DNA of 64,000 bases, from the IMG/VR virus record IMGVR_UViG_3300005613_000006, positions 64,001 to 128,000 of that record. One strand, written 5' to 3'. Shown piece after piece: positions 63,838 through 64,000 of the stretch (position 1 is the stretch's first letter; every line of letters begins with the position of its first letter). The DNA is from a virus. A program made the translations under genes and the position numbers. The notes below the pieces were generated by a model that had not been told where the DNA came from, did no database searches, and saw only the letters and a list, made by a program, of their open reading frames with translations.

Positions 63838-64000
63838 TTATGCCTCCTCTTGTTTCAGTACGATTCTCTTGATGCCACCCATGTACTCAGCCACTTCGCT
63901 GAAACTACTTGGGCCTGCCAGGATGTATTGGCATCTGCTAAGCAAGTGCATTTCTACAGCGGCATCTTGAACAGGCAAATCATTGTCCGTGCGAAAGTCA
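63838..64000 (-). CDS. C-terminus of a fucosyltransferase-like protein (partial)
   Basis: Own translation ...DAAVEMHLLSRCQYILAGPSSFSEVA... matches the GT11/GT23/O-FucT C-terminal motif. Confidence 0.6.
   Translation of the reverse strand, partial: DFRTDNDLPVQDAAVEMHLLSRCQYILAGPSSFSEVAEYMGGIKRIVLKQEEA

Overview
A 64-kb segment of a large (probably jumbo) tailed-phage genome, almost entirely coded on the minus strand in the standard genetic code. The host is not determinable from the sequence. It holds (i) two glycan-synthesis and modification clusters (GDP-fucose synthase, several GT2/GT4/GT47 glycosyltransferases, a fucosyltransferase-like end, FkbM and other methyltransferases, sulfotransferase, nucleotidyltransferase); (ii) replication, recombination and nucleotide genes (SSAP, SSB, DnaE split into two genes around a DEDDh exonuclease, Cas4-like nuclease, dNMP kinase, primase, DnaB, intein-containing RecA, ThyX, class II RNR, dCMP deaminase), GroES, ClpP and two sigma-70-family factors; (iii) 18 recognisable tRNA genes plus degenerate ones, interleaved with structured non-coding RNAs including a ~550-nt GOLLD/ROOL-like candidate; and (iv) at least 9 AT-rich free-standing homing-type endonucleases. 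Main leads: nine endonucleases of three types all carry the same TGGTGTATAAT promoter-like motif, often inside a hairpin that reaches the ribosome-binding site; two twin-arginine (Tat) signal proteins and a third ORF appear to carry pieces of one common, probably major-capsid, protein; several structured RNAs lie in the tRNA array; 17 of 18 tRNA genes end in discriminator+CT rather than CCA. All family assignments come from motifs recognised by eye; no searches were run.
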